This document shows, in pieces, positions 24,118-35,024 of a stretch of 64,000 nucleotides of DNA. Each line of letters starts with the position of its first letter. Position 1 is the stretch's first letter. The stretch lies in assembly GCF_024521635.1 (NCBI RefSeq), contig NW_026250445.1, forward strand, positions 62,001 through 126,000. Reading direction: 5' to 3'. The stretch is from Tricharina praecox (taxonomy: Eukaryota). Both the position numbers and the translations under genes were made by a program. The notes beneath the pieces were generated by a model that saw nothing but the letters and a program-made list of their open reading frames with translations, made no database searches and was not told the DNA's origin.

Positions 24118-27100
24118 CCAACATGTTACTACGACCAACACATCGACCTTTTACTATGCATTGGGCGATTGTTTTGTTTTGCTACGGCATCTCTAGAAGT
24201 GGGAGTTGGTGTTGTGTTCTTGGGGATCTTAATGAGCGCTGGGGGTGGCAATACTAGGCCATGTAATGGGAGTGTTTTGTGTTTTGTTTCTTGTCAATGC
24301 TAGTACTAGTATTCGCCAAAATAATTTGGATTAATGAGGTTCGTTGCGTTCTTTGTGAGATCGAGAGAAGTACCGGGTGCGGAAAGGAGGGTGCGGTGAT
24401 CCATGTAGAGATCGTGGGTTCTGGTGAAAGATGCGGTGGAAGAAGGCTGTCTTTCTATGAAGCTCTCGTGATATCTAGGGGATCCTCTTAACTATCGCTC
24501 ACTACCTACATTTGTAGAATGTAGATACCCACTTCCTCCTTCATGCTAACTCCGTTTCTCGCTACCGGTCGCTTGCGCTCCTTTATCAGACTGCATTGGA
24601 TAATCACTTCCCCTGAGCCATAGCCGCGATGCTCCCGAGACGTACAATAGGTATGCGGGGAAAGGTGTGCGAGGCAGAGGGAGCAGAACGGAGGGGGAGA
24701 CACAGTGGCCGACTCAGTTGCTCTGACATTGGACTCATCTCGATCAAACCAGGTGGTGCTTCTCTGATACCTACTGTAGACACTATAACCAGTGCTGCCG
24801 CTGCCGCCAAATACCACAGAGCAGTTCACTCTTGCAAGGATAATCAACACCCACCCTGTTCGGCGCGGAACTTATATCTAGATATTACCAAGTATAGTAA
24901 GTACTTTACTTAGTACACTACATATTGCCCCGGTCCCCCTACCGTCAGGGCTGACGTTCCCCACAGAACCCTAACCCCCTCGAACGTCAGTCGACCATCC
25001 TGTCTTCATTCTCGGCGTTCCGGGAATGCAGGATTAGCTGCGGGAAGTGTGTGCTGCGGACTGGATGCCATCTCAGTCTATGGCGTGAGATCCTCTCTAA
25101 CTATAGGTAGGTGACCGGCGACTCGAGCTGATGTCCATATAGCTCGCCTCCACCGACCGTCATACTACGGTAACGGTGTCGCCGCCGTACATGTCTGTTA
25201 AGATCACCGCTGTGGATTACCACCGAAAGGTGTGGCCCATGAGAGGTTCTTCTTGCTCATTAATTTCGATCTCGGCTCGCTACCTACTCTAGCATGCAAG
25301 CCGAGGAGTATCCCTTCTCCTGACCCATCTGATGCAAGGAGCTTGCCATGTGTGGGATTCTTCGCTGGCAAGTCTCAGGGACGAGAGCTGTACCAGCTGG
25401 ACGTCGCCGCGCATCCATTAGCTCTCATAATCTCTACACTCCAGCACATCCTTTCCGGACAGATCCGAACCGTTATCACCACAGTCCATAGTAGGTAGGT
25501 ACAAAGCAAAACGATCAACCGCTCTTCATTCTTGAGCGGCAATTCTTCAACCAAGCCAACCGGCGCTCGTGAAGTCCATGTGATATCACAGTCCAGTCCA
25601 CGAATGCAGCACCTTCATTGCATAAACCCAGAAGAAATGTAACTGCTGGAAGCTACCTACCTATGTACCTTGGTGTAAGCTCAAGAGAAGCGAAGAAAGG
25701 AGAACGAACGCTACGGCGTGTGTGAACAGAGAACTACGGAATGGATATCAGGCTTTTTGCTCTTCTGAAAACACTAGTACGGTCTCGCCGGAAACCTAGC
25801 CAGTAGCGATTTCGACCACTACCGCAACTCGAGCCATTGTGTCGCTGACCTGTATGTCCTTGTTACTTCGCGTGAAGCGCCAGGTTTCGCTTGAAGTTGA
25901 AGATCACTTGACCCACTGTTCCACCTCGTCCAGACCCTCGATGCGGCCGACAACAATCCCAATGCAGTAATTCCCGTTAAAAATTAAGGTTGATGACGGT
26001 GTTGAAGGCATAAGCTGGGACACTAAGTGGTATCCCTTCGTGAGATGGGCAAGGAGGAGATGACGTAGGTGGCACCAGCTAGGATATGTTTATTCCGCGT
26101 AAATAGATACCTTAAATCCTGCACAGTGGACAGATGGCAAGTTGTGCTTCGTCATCGACCTCGGATTGATGGAGATATCGAGCGTCTTTCGGGGTTGCTT
26201 ATGATAAACGAGGCGATGGCCCATCAGGGTTGAGACGCCGGTGACATTGAGCTCGAGCACGGCGAGGTAGAGACACACACGGGGTAGCGCGGAGGTGTCA
26301 TCAGACGAGACGATTGTACGACTGATTGGAGATGCTACCGTTATTAACGGCGGTCGCGGAGGAAGTCCAGTCACGTCGGAGTTTCGGCGAAGGTGGTGAT
26401 GGAAGACAAAGTCAGAAGCGTCTAATCGCACTTTCATCGATGGGAGGCATCAGACGACCGATGCCAAAGGAGTAGCCTTCCGGGTGCTTGCAAATCTCGG
26501 AGGTGAGGGTGGGGAATCCCTTCCGAGGCACAGCACTTTGAGATGGCGATGACAACGACGGCGTCAATTCAGGCTTTAAAGACGGCATCCACCCCGCCGT
26601 TTCGCGCTTGACGGCTTGAGCATCAGCATCAGCCCTTAGTGTTGGCGTAGGGATTGGTGGTCTCCACGATGGGGGCGGAATGCTTCTTTGTAGATCCGGT
26701 TTCGGCGGTAGTGGTCGGAATGCTTCGTCGTAGATCCGATTTCGGCGGTAGTCGTGCGGCTATATCGGTGCCATGCTGCTTCCGTTCCTCCACCGACACG
26801 GGCATCGTAGGGGTGTGGCTCGTCAAAAGATTTTGGGGCCGAGGCTGGAAAGGATGACTTGGTCCATCATACGATGGTCATGAGAACCAAGCAGTTCATG
26901 CAGGCTAGGTAGGCCAGTTCACGGCCAGGCTCCACAGGTATGAGCGGGGTAGGTAGTTACTGCGGCGCAGCATGGTCCGCGCGGAAAGGGGCGCGATGCC
27001 ACGTGATGGTGGCTTGCCAGTCTGTACTTTGTTCGGCACCATGGCGCGGAAGGACTTGGATTTGGTCTGCGTCCTCGAGCTTGTTGGATAAACTTTGCAA

Positions 27101-27521
27101 ATGACTTCTGAGTCTATCTGACAAGCTCCGAACCGGGTCTGTCATGGCCGCCACATGACAAGGACTCATCACGTGATATCCTTTCGTCACGCCACTTAGG
27201 CTGCGCCACAGTACCGGTACCACGGATGGAGAGGCGGGGCGCATGGACCCTGTCATTTTTCGTCGCGCGCGGTGACCAGGCGAAATTCCTGTGTGTCCTC
27301 TTGTTTCCGTGCATCTTGGGGATCCAATCAACTGCGCCACTTGTCAGTGCAGGACGATGCGTCTGGCTTTTGGCTGCGCGCTCATCCACACCAACTGACG
27401 GCGCACCAGCACGCAGAAAACGCGTTGCGGGGCTGAGCATCTCGTCCTTCTTCATGAAAGTCCTCGCCGTGTGCCCAAGGAGTGTTCACTTCCATCTTTA
27501 TCTACAAGAATTGCCACTTCG

Positions 27522-30500
27522 ATGTCAAAACGCAAAAATTCAGATCACTGGCAAGCGCCAACGCCCCCACCAGCGCAGAGGCTGGCAGCGCGCGAGCCGC
27601 CCATGCCAACGCCAATACAACCGCTACCCCAGTCACAGTGTCGATTTCGAACACTCCGCATTTCTTCTATCCCACTGCATGTCACGAAGGACGATTTTAG
27701 GCCGTATCTGAAGGAACTCCTCGGATACGATGACTTCGTATTCTCATTGGTCCCTACGAAATTTTATGCAGTAGCAACTGTTACTCTCACTAAGGGGGAG
27801 CCCGCATGCCCGGATCTTGCGGGTTGCACCCCGGGCAAAAAAACCTACATCGCCTACGGGGAGTCGGGAGTCATTCTAGCCGTCGACTGCGACTTTCTTG
27901 GTATGACACCATTATACAGTGCATCGGAGCCGACAGTTGAGTAATGCCCACCCTCCCCGCGCGTTTTTATGCGGCGGCGCTGATGGACCTTCTAGCCTCG
28001 TCGCCGTCACGGGTCTCGCAGGCCACGCATATGGATCTTGGAAGTCGCGCAACCGGCCCCATGTGTGGCTGAGAGACTTTCTACCACACGATCTGGATGC
28101 ACACGACTGCAGAGTGAGGGTTCTCACGTTTGGCTACAACTCGGCTCTCAAAGACGATAGGTCTACACCTTCTATCCAAGGCTTTGCGAGATTGCTCCTC
28201 GACAGTCTGAACAGTCAACGTCAAGGCGAGAAGGTACTATGCGTAAATGTCTTTGCGGCGAAAGTTGGTTAACAGATCATTGCAGGAGCGACACCGTCCA
28301 ATAATCTTCATTGGCCATAGCCTCGGTGGTTTGATCATCAAACAGGTAGGCGAAGTTGCACTTTTTGGCCATGAGTGAATGTTGACCCTTCTCACCTACC
28401 TAGGCACTCGCCGATGCATCCCACGAAAGCGAGAAATCCGAAAACGACCAAGCCATCCTAGACTCGTGCACTGCACTCTTTCTCTTCGGAGTACCGCACC
28501 GAGGGCTCAACATCAAAAATTTCAGAACCTTGGTGAAGGACCAGAAGAATGAACACTTCATCGGTGACCTGAGAGTCGGCTCGGACTTCTTGAGACTGTC
28601 GCATCAGCGTTTTTCCCAAGTGGTTGAGCTCAACAGTTGCCAAGTCATTTCATTCTTCGAATGTAGAGACACTCAGGCTGTGGTCATTGACGACCGGACC
28701 GGATGCTGGAAAAGAAGTGGGGAGATGATACGGCTTGTCACACAGGAATCAGCAACCTTTGCTCTGCGCACCGAGGCCACCCACATGCAAATAGGGATCG
28801 ATGCCGACCACTCGAACATTGTCAAATTCGATGACAACTCCGACCATCACTACAGCACGGTAAGGGACAGGCTGTTGTATTGTGTCGAAAAGGCCCCAAG
28901 GATCATCGAATCCCGTTTGGAAAGTGTCACAATCGGGGCAAATTTTGATGATTCCCCGCCAGGGACCGAACAGCCATCCTCGAGCCGCAAGTCTTTTGAC
29001 GAATTCCGGATACCGACAGAGCTACCGTTTTCCAGAAATCAGAACTTTTGTGGCCGGGAAGACCTGATCGAACGAATTCACGAAAAATTACATCCGACAG
29101 AAGCTGCCGGTGCAGATGCGGTCCCCTGTAGTTCTACTGAGAGAAACTTGGTAACCTTATACGGCTTGGGGGGTATCGGGAAGACGCAGGTGGCTTTAGA
29201 GTACGCATATCGCTATGAAGCGTTCTACAGCGCAATCCTGTGGGTTGATGCCAGAGACCCAACCGTTTTGGAAACAAGCGGTGTTCGGGTTGCCCAACAG
29301 CTCGTACGTCACTACGTTAGCGAATTTCCTTCGAATCCTGACTATATACGCATTGCCAACGACCTCGGAATTCCCGGCGGTATCGATATTTCAGGCACCG
29401 TCCAGCGGCAGATATTGAACTCCGGGAATGTCTGGCCAACCATCAAGCGATGGCTTCAAAAGAAGGGAAATGATAAATGGCTGTTATTAGTCGACAATCA
29501 TGATGACTTAGAGACGGTGAACATCGTCGACTACCTTCCAACCTCAGACTGGGCCAGGATAATCGTAACCTCCCGTCGTTCAGAGATCCAATCGCTTGGC
29601 CATTCAATTTCAGTTGCAGAGATGGAGAAAGACGTTGGACTTGCAATGCTGATGAAAGCGATGCGAGTTGATGTTGTTGAAGCCTTATCGGTGGAGGGTA
29701 TGTGACCACAGGCGTATATTTTAGTCTTCGCTAACTGAGCATGACAGAAATCAAGGATGCGGAGGAAGTTGTCGAAAAGTTGGGAGGACTCCCTTTGGCA
29801 ATCAGTCAAGCTGCATCTTATATATTGATGACAGAGATCGACTTCAAAACATATCTGCTAAAGCTTAAAACCAACTTCAAACGTATCGCGAGCAAGAAAA
29901 CCGGCCTGTGGATGTATCGAAACGAACCGGTTTTCACTTGCTGGGAAATTTCCTTCCACGCACTGTGTCCTTCTGCGACCCGCCTTTTGCACATGTGTGC
30001 GTTCTTGAGCAACGAAGATATTCCGGATGAATTATTTCGGCGCGGTAGCAGAGGCGTCGAATGGCTGGGAAACGGTAGGCCTATCAAACGAAATCTTCGT
30101 TCACTGATCAGTAGACTGACGTTCGTAAAGACAAAGATGCATTCGACAACGCAATTGAGGATCTCTTAGCCTTCTCCCTCGTAAAACGGAGAGCCACTTC
30201 ATTTGCAAAAAGTGATAGTTTCTGGATACACCCGCTCGTTCATCAATGGGCCCGTGATCGTGTCGATGACTCTACGAAACAGAGAACTAGCGCGAGTGAA
30301 GCAATATTCTTGATCACAGCAGCTGTTATCACCGATCCTACAAAGCGAGACACGGAATATTGGGGCTTTGAACGGCGAATATCTAACCACATTGAACTTT
30401 GCGCCCAAAACATTGAGAAATACTACCCCAGTCACGACTCCATATACCCCGAAAAGATCTCACAAGCACTTTATACGTTGAGTCGGGTGAATTACTATCG

Positions 30501-31992
30501 ATGTAAGGTTGAAAAATCGATACATCTGGTTCGTCGGGCCATTGTGGGCTTAAATGGCTTGGAGGCACTGGCAGCAATACACCTCTTGGGGGTTAACTTA
30601 TCGTTCGATTCTCAATACTCCGAAGCGCTCGAGTGGTACCAGCGGGCCCTGGAGGGTACAGAGAAGGCCCTCGGCAAAGATCACCCTTCCACTCTCACCA
30701 CCGTCCTCGGCATGGCAGGCGTATTTGAGCGCCGCGGAGAGTACGACAAAGCGCTCGAGTGGTACCAGCGGGCCCTGGAGGGTACAGAGAAGGCCCTCGG
30801 CAAAGATCACCCTTCCACTCTCACCGCCGTCTACGGCATGGCAGGCGTATTTGAGCGCCGCGGAGAGTACGACAAAGCGCTCGAGTGGTACCAGCGGGAT
30901 CTGGAGGGTATAGAGAAGGCCCTCGGCAAAGATCACCCTTCCACTCTCTCCACCGTCCTCGGCATGGCAGGCGTATTTGAGCGCCGCGGAGAGTACGACA
31001 AAGCGCTCGAGTGGTACCAGCGGGCCCTGGAGGGTACAGAGAAGGTCTTCGGCAAAGATCACCCTTCCACTCTCACCACCGTCCTCGGCATGGCAGGCGT
31101 ATTTGTGCACCGCGGAGAGTACGATAAGGCGCTCGAGTGGTACCAGCGGGCCCTGGAGGGTATAGAGAAGGCCCTCGGCAAAGATCACCCTTCCACTCTC
31201 ACCGCCGTCTACGGCATGGCAGGCGTATTTGAGCGCCGCGGAGAGTACGACAAGGCGCTCGAGTGGTACCAGCGGGCCCTGGAGGGTACAGAGAAGGCCC
31301 TCGGCAAAGATCACCCTTCCACTCTCACCACCGTCCTCGGCATGGCAGGCGTATTTGAGCGCCGCGGAGAGTACGACAAAGCGCTCGAGTGGTACCAGCG
31401 GGCCCTGGAGGGTATAGAGAAGGCCCTCGGCAAAGATCACCCTTGCACTCTCACCGCCGTCTACGGCATGGCAGGCGTATTTGAGCGCCGCGGAGAGTAC
31501 GATAAGGCGCTCGAGTGGTACCAGCGGGCCCTGGAGGGTACAGAGAAGGCCCTCGGCAAAGATCACCCTTCCACTCTCACCACCGTCCACGGCATGGCAG
31601 GCGTATTTGAGCGCCGCGGAGAGTACGACAAGGCGCTCGAGTGGTACCAGCGGGCCCTGGAGGGTACAGAGAAGGTCTTCGGCAAAGATCACCCTTCCAC
31701 TCTCACCACCGTCCTCGGCATGGCAGGCGTATTTGAGCGCCGCGGAGAGTACGACAAAGCGCTCGAGTGGTACCAGCGGGCCCTGGAGGGTACAGAGAAG
31801 GCCCTCGGCAAAGATCACCCTTCCACTCTCACCGCCGTCTACGGCATGGCAGGCGTATTTGAGCGCCGCGGAGAGTACGACAAAGCGCTCGAGTGGTACC
31901 AGCGGGATCTGGAGGGTATAGAGAAGGCCCTCGGCAAAGATCACCCTTCCACTCTTGCGATCGCGAAGTGCATTGCTCTCCTTCCAAGGTAG
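27522..31992 (+). CDS. Fungal NLR-like STAND protein: SesB-like alpha/beta-hydrolase N-terminus, NB-ARC, ~11 TPRs (~1399 aa); exons 27522-27940, 27996-28233, 28286-28345, 28404-29697, 29748-30074, 30131-31992
   Basis: Spliced 'DLVAVTGLAGHAYGSW..WLRDFLP..RVLTFGYNS..RPIIFIGHSLGGLIIKQAL..FGVPHRG..DADHSNIVKF' contains a GxSxG nucleophile elbow and a candidate catalytic His. Walker A GLGGIGKT, Walker B LLLVDNHD, 'IIVTSR', 'LGGLPLAISQAASYI' and 'WIHPLVHQWAR' are present. Five GT-AG introns; exon lengths sum to 4200 nt. Confidence 0.9.
30625..31960 (+). repeat. Near-identical 126-bp tandem repeats (high-internal-conservation TPR array), 10 full units plus a partial
   Basis: Unit gcgctcgagtggtaccagcgggccctggagggtacagagaaggccctcggcaaagatcacccttccactctcacc... 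repeats with only a few variable sites. Confidence 0.97.
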
Positions 31993-34094
31993 CTCCATTC
32001 ATCACGGCCCTCCGGTATTTATCTCCCCGCACACATTTCGCCGAAATATTAGATGCAATCCCACACCAAACACCGAATTTTACTCCGAAGTTGTCAAGCA
32101 GATCGCCGAGTCCAGGCGCATAAAGGGGAGGACCTTCAGGTTCCTTTTTTCGGTTAGCTTGATTTTGTTTCATATGGCGGGCTTTCTTTTTTATTGATGG
32201 ATTAACTGGTGGTTTGTGGAGATTAAGACGAGGATCGTTGATGTAAATGTGCAATAAACATCTTTGAGCAAAAATGATTGACCTAGGCGCCTGTAAGCAT
32301 ATTGATAGTATCGTCGGGCTGTGTCATTCACTACTTCCCTTTTCATGGACGAAACCATCCCGTCACTGTGCAGCTGTCACCATCGACCCGCCAGTAGTAT
32401 GTACGATTTTGAGAAAGTGGGAGTGTCCATCTCTACAGCGATTCCACCAACTCCTTGCCCTCTGGCCAACGGAAGAAGAGAAGATGCCGTCAGGGGAGCT
32501 GACTGTGCCATCAACCTCGTCAGCTTCTGTGGGTTACAGCCGCGTGACAGTATGCTAGCTATGGCTGTTAGCCGTGAAAGTAGGTTAGTTTCTTGCACAG
32601 GAGGAGTAGAGCTGCCGTTCTGGGGGTGCTGGGGTCCGATGGATTCAGGGTTAACAACTCGGAAATCTTTATGGTGAGAGAGAGAGAACATCAATTTATT
32701 GTCGCTGGCAGCCTTACTAGACTATGGCGACCACCAACTTCCAACCTTTTCTGCCAGCTCTGCGGGGTTGTGAGAAAGCTCTACCACCACGGTCCGATGC
32801 TGCGCCAGGAAATTTTTATGGTTGAGCATATGCAGCTCTTACAGTTTCTGTCGAAACGAGTGACCGGAAACGTACCTATGCTAGATGCCATAATCTAGAT
32901 AGGCTGCATGCGAAACAAACTGAAGATCTCTCTCTCTCTCTCTCTCCAGGTTACTATCTCCCCATTACCACCGTTCCATCGGGAATCGAGCGGTAGCCAG
33001 CCTGTCTACCTACGTCACGTTACATCACTCGCTAGGCGATGTGCTGCGCAGATCGGACGGGAATTGCTCAATTGACTAGGGTCCCAGATTTTGGTCAGCA
33101 TCCGTTCGCATTTCCTGTCTGAAGGCTCTCATTCCTCGTTTCCTTCTCGACGACCGTCGTCATCTGCCCATCTTATCTGTCTCCCCGATACCCTTAGTGC
33201 TCACTGCTCACTGATGGGTGCACAAACATCCACTCATGGCTGGAGGCCTCGCACCATTCCATGGTCGAGCGACATGAGAGCGGATCTATTATTTTTCACA
33301 GCTTGCTGCAGCTCCTTGGCTACGAGGCTATCCTGGGTTTGGGTGCATCACTCATGCGGAGTTCCAGTAACATAAACGCCACCTATTTGGAGCCCACCAG
33401 CAGTCACGATACAGTAGGCGCGTACAACCCACACCACCGAGTTATGTACAGTTGTAATGATTCACTCCAACCTTTTGATCATGGGGTGATCTCAGTATGA
33501 GCCGTGGATGGAATGTAGCTCGGGGCATCAAACAAGAAACCTCACAATTCATCACTCGCGCAAAACAGTGAGCTGCCTGATACGTACGGCTCCTATCCAT
33601 TTCATTATGACCATCGATGTGCAAGCCGTGCTATCCCCCGTAGCTGCCACACCGATGTTTTTGCAGTGAAGACTGGCGGCAGCAGTGTCTGTGGAGGCCT
33701 TTCGCTTGCCTGCCAAGGCTGGAGGTGGGAGGCGTTGATGGGAAGGCCACATCTCAACCCTTTACATATGTTGGGGGAACAGGTTGAGATTCCATAGCGT
33801 TTGGCTTTACATCAGAGCGATAGCATATGTAGGGTTGAAACGTAGCCCCACTCACACAGTCTTCAGTTTCGGCCCCGAACCCAACTCACATCTGTCTCGG
33901 TGGGCACTGGAGGATTGCGAAGGCTCAGCTGGCCGTGACAGCTCAGGTTCAACCCTAATATACAATTCCCACTTCAATCGCCCACAAAAGCTTTTGTTTG
34001 ACCTCCATGTTTCACTGCTCCATAAACACTTCCTCCTTGACACGCGACACCAACCGCGACTTAGACACAGACCTACCTCGAGACCGCCACCATT

Positions 34095-35024
34095 ATGCCG
34101 GACACTCCTACTGATACCCTCACCACCACAAGCATGGAGATTCTCACGACGATGCCCGCGGAGATCCTCGTGGAGATCTTCATAAACCTCGACACCATCA
34201 CTGATGCGGTCAGTCTCAGCCGTACCTGTCAACTGCTCCACCAGGTATTCGAGAACAACTCACTCGCTCTCCACCGCTCCACCGTTCCGAACGATTCCCT
34301 CTTCGTCAGCTACGATCGCCTACAGTCGTCCTGGAGTCTCTATGACGCCGCATTACGGCTGCATGGTGTGCGTCACGGTGGTGACTGCTATTGGCTGCAG
34401 GAAGGTGAGTTCTTCTGTTGTTGTTGGGGGGGGGGGGGGGGGGGGGGCGAGCTTCGGAAACGCATGCTAACTTACCGGACAGACCATACATACGGCATCC
34501 TCCGCAGCTGCGAAGAGTACGCCGAGGTCCTGTCCACCGCGGTTGGCATCTCCACTGCGGCGGAGAAGATCTGGACTCTCCTCGTCAACCGCCGGCTGGG
34601 CAATCGCAGCTACGACTCGGTGTGGTGCGAATTCGGAATCCAGGCTATCAAGGACTTGCTGTATGAGTATTTTGCCTGCCTGGAAGACTACGGAATTAAG
34701 TACGTGACGCATTTTCAGACGCTGGCAGCCATCGCGTGGGTCGTGTGGAGGCATTGGAAGGAGAGCTGGGGTATTCCGGGGATGACCGAAACGTCGAAGC
34801 GGACATTCTCTGCTTGGACTTATTCCCTTCCGGGGATAAACCACTATGCCGAGGTGGAACACCGTATCATCACCCAATATGTCGACTGGCTGACCTTCCA
34901 TTCCGGATGGGACTGGTGGAAGTCGCTCGAGGGTTCGTGGCGCACTGCTGAGAGACCCGATGTAAATTTTGGCAGCTTGTACTGCAGAACCTTGATGTTT
35001 GCTGTCAACGACCATGAGGAGTAG
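34095..35024 (+). CDS. F-box domain protein; exons 34095-34404 and 34483-35024
   Basis: 'ILTTMPAEILVEIFINLDTITDAVSLSRTCQLLHQVF' matches the F-box pattern LP.EI...IF..L......LS.TC. Intron GTGAGT..GCTAAC..CAG contains a poly-G run. The start could be 34095 or 34134. Confidence 0.75.
   Translation: MPDTPTDTLTTTSMEILTTMPAEILVEIFINLDTITDAVSLSRTCQLLHQVFENNSLALHRSTVPNDSLFVSYDRLQSSWSLYDAALRLHGVRHGGDCYWLQEGEFFCCCWGGGGGGGELRKRMLTYRTDHTYGILRSCEEYAEVLSTAVGISTAAEKIWTLLVNRRLGNRSYDSVWCEFGIQAIKDLLYEYFACLEDYGIKYVTHFQTLAAIAWVVWRHWKESWGIPGMTETSKRTFSAWTYSLPGINHYAEVEHRIITQYVDWLTFHSGWDWWKSLEGSWRTAERPDVNFGSLYCRTLMFAVNDHEE

Noticed and set aside
20096..27522. Amyloid-signalling motif (HET-s, sigma, PP) gene pair associated with the NLRs
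   Set aside because: Both NLRs carry fused effector domains, and no N/G/Q-rich pseudo-repeat motif was found at their N-termini or in neighbouring ORFs.
30598..31998. 466-aa antisense ORF and other shifted-frame ORFs over the TPR arrays
   Set aside because: By-product of a stop-free 126-bp unit repeated in tandem; the sense frame carries the recognisable TPR motif.
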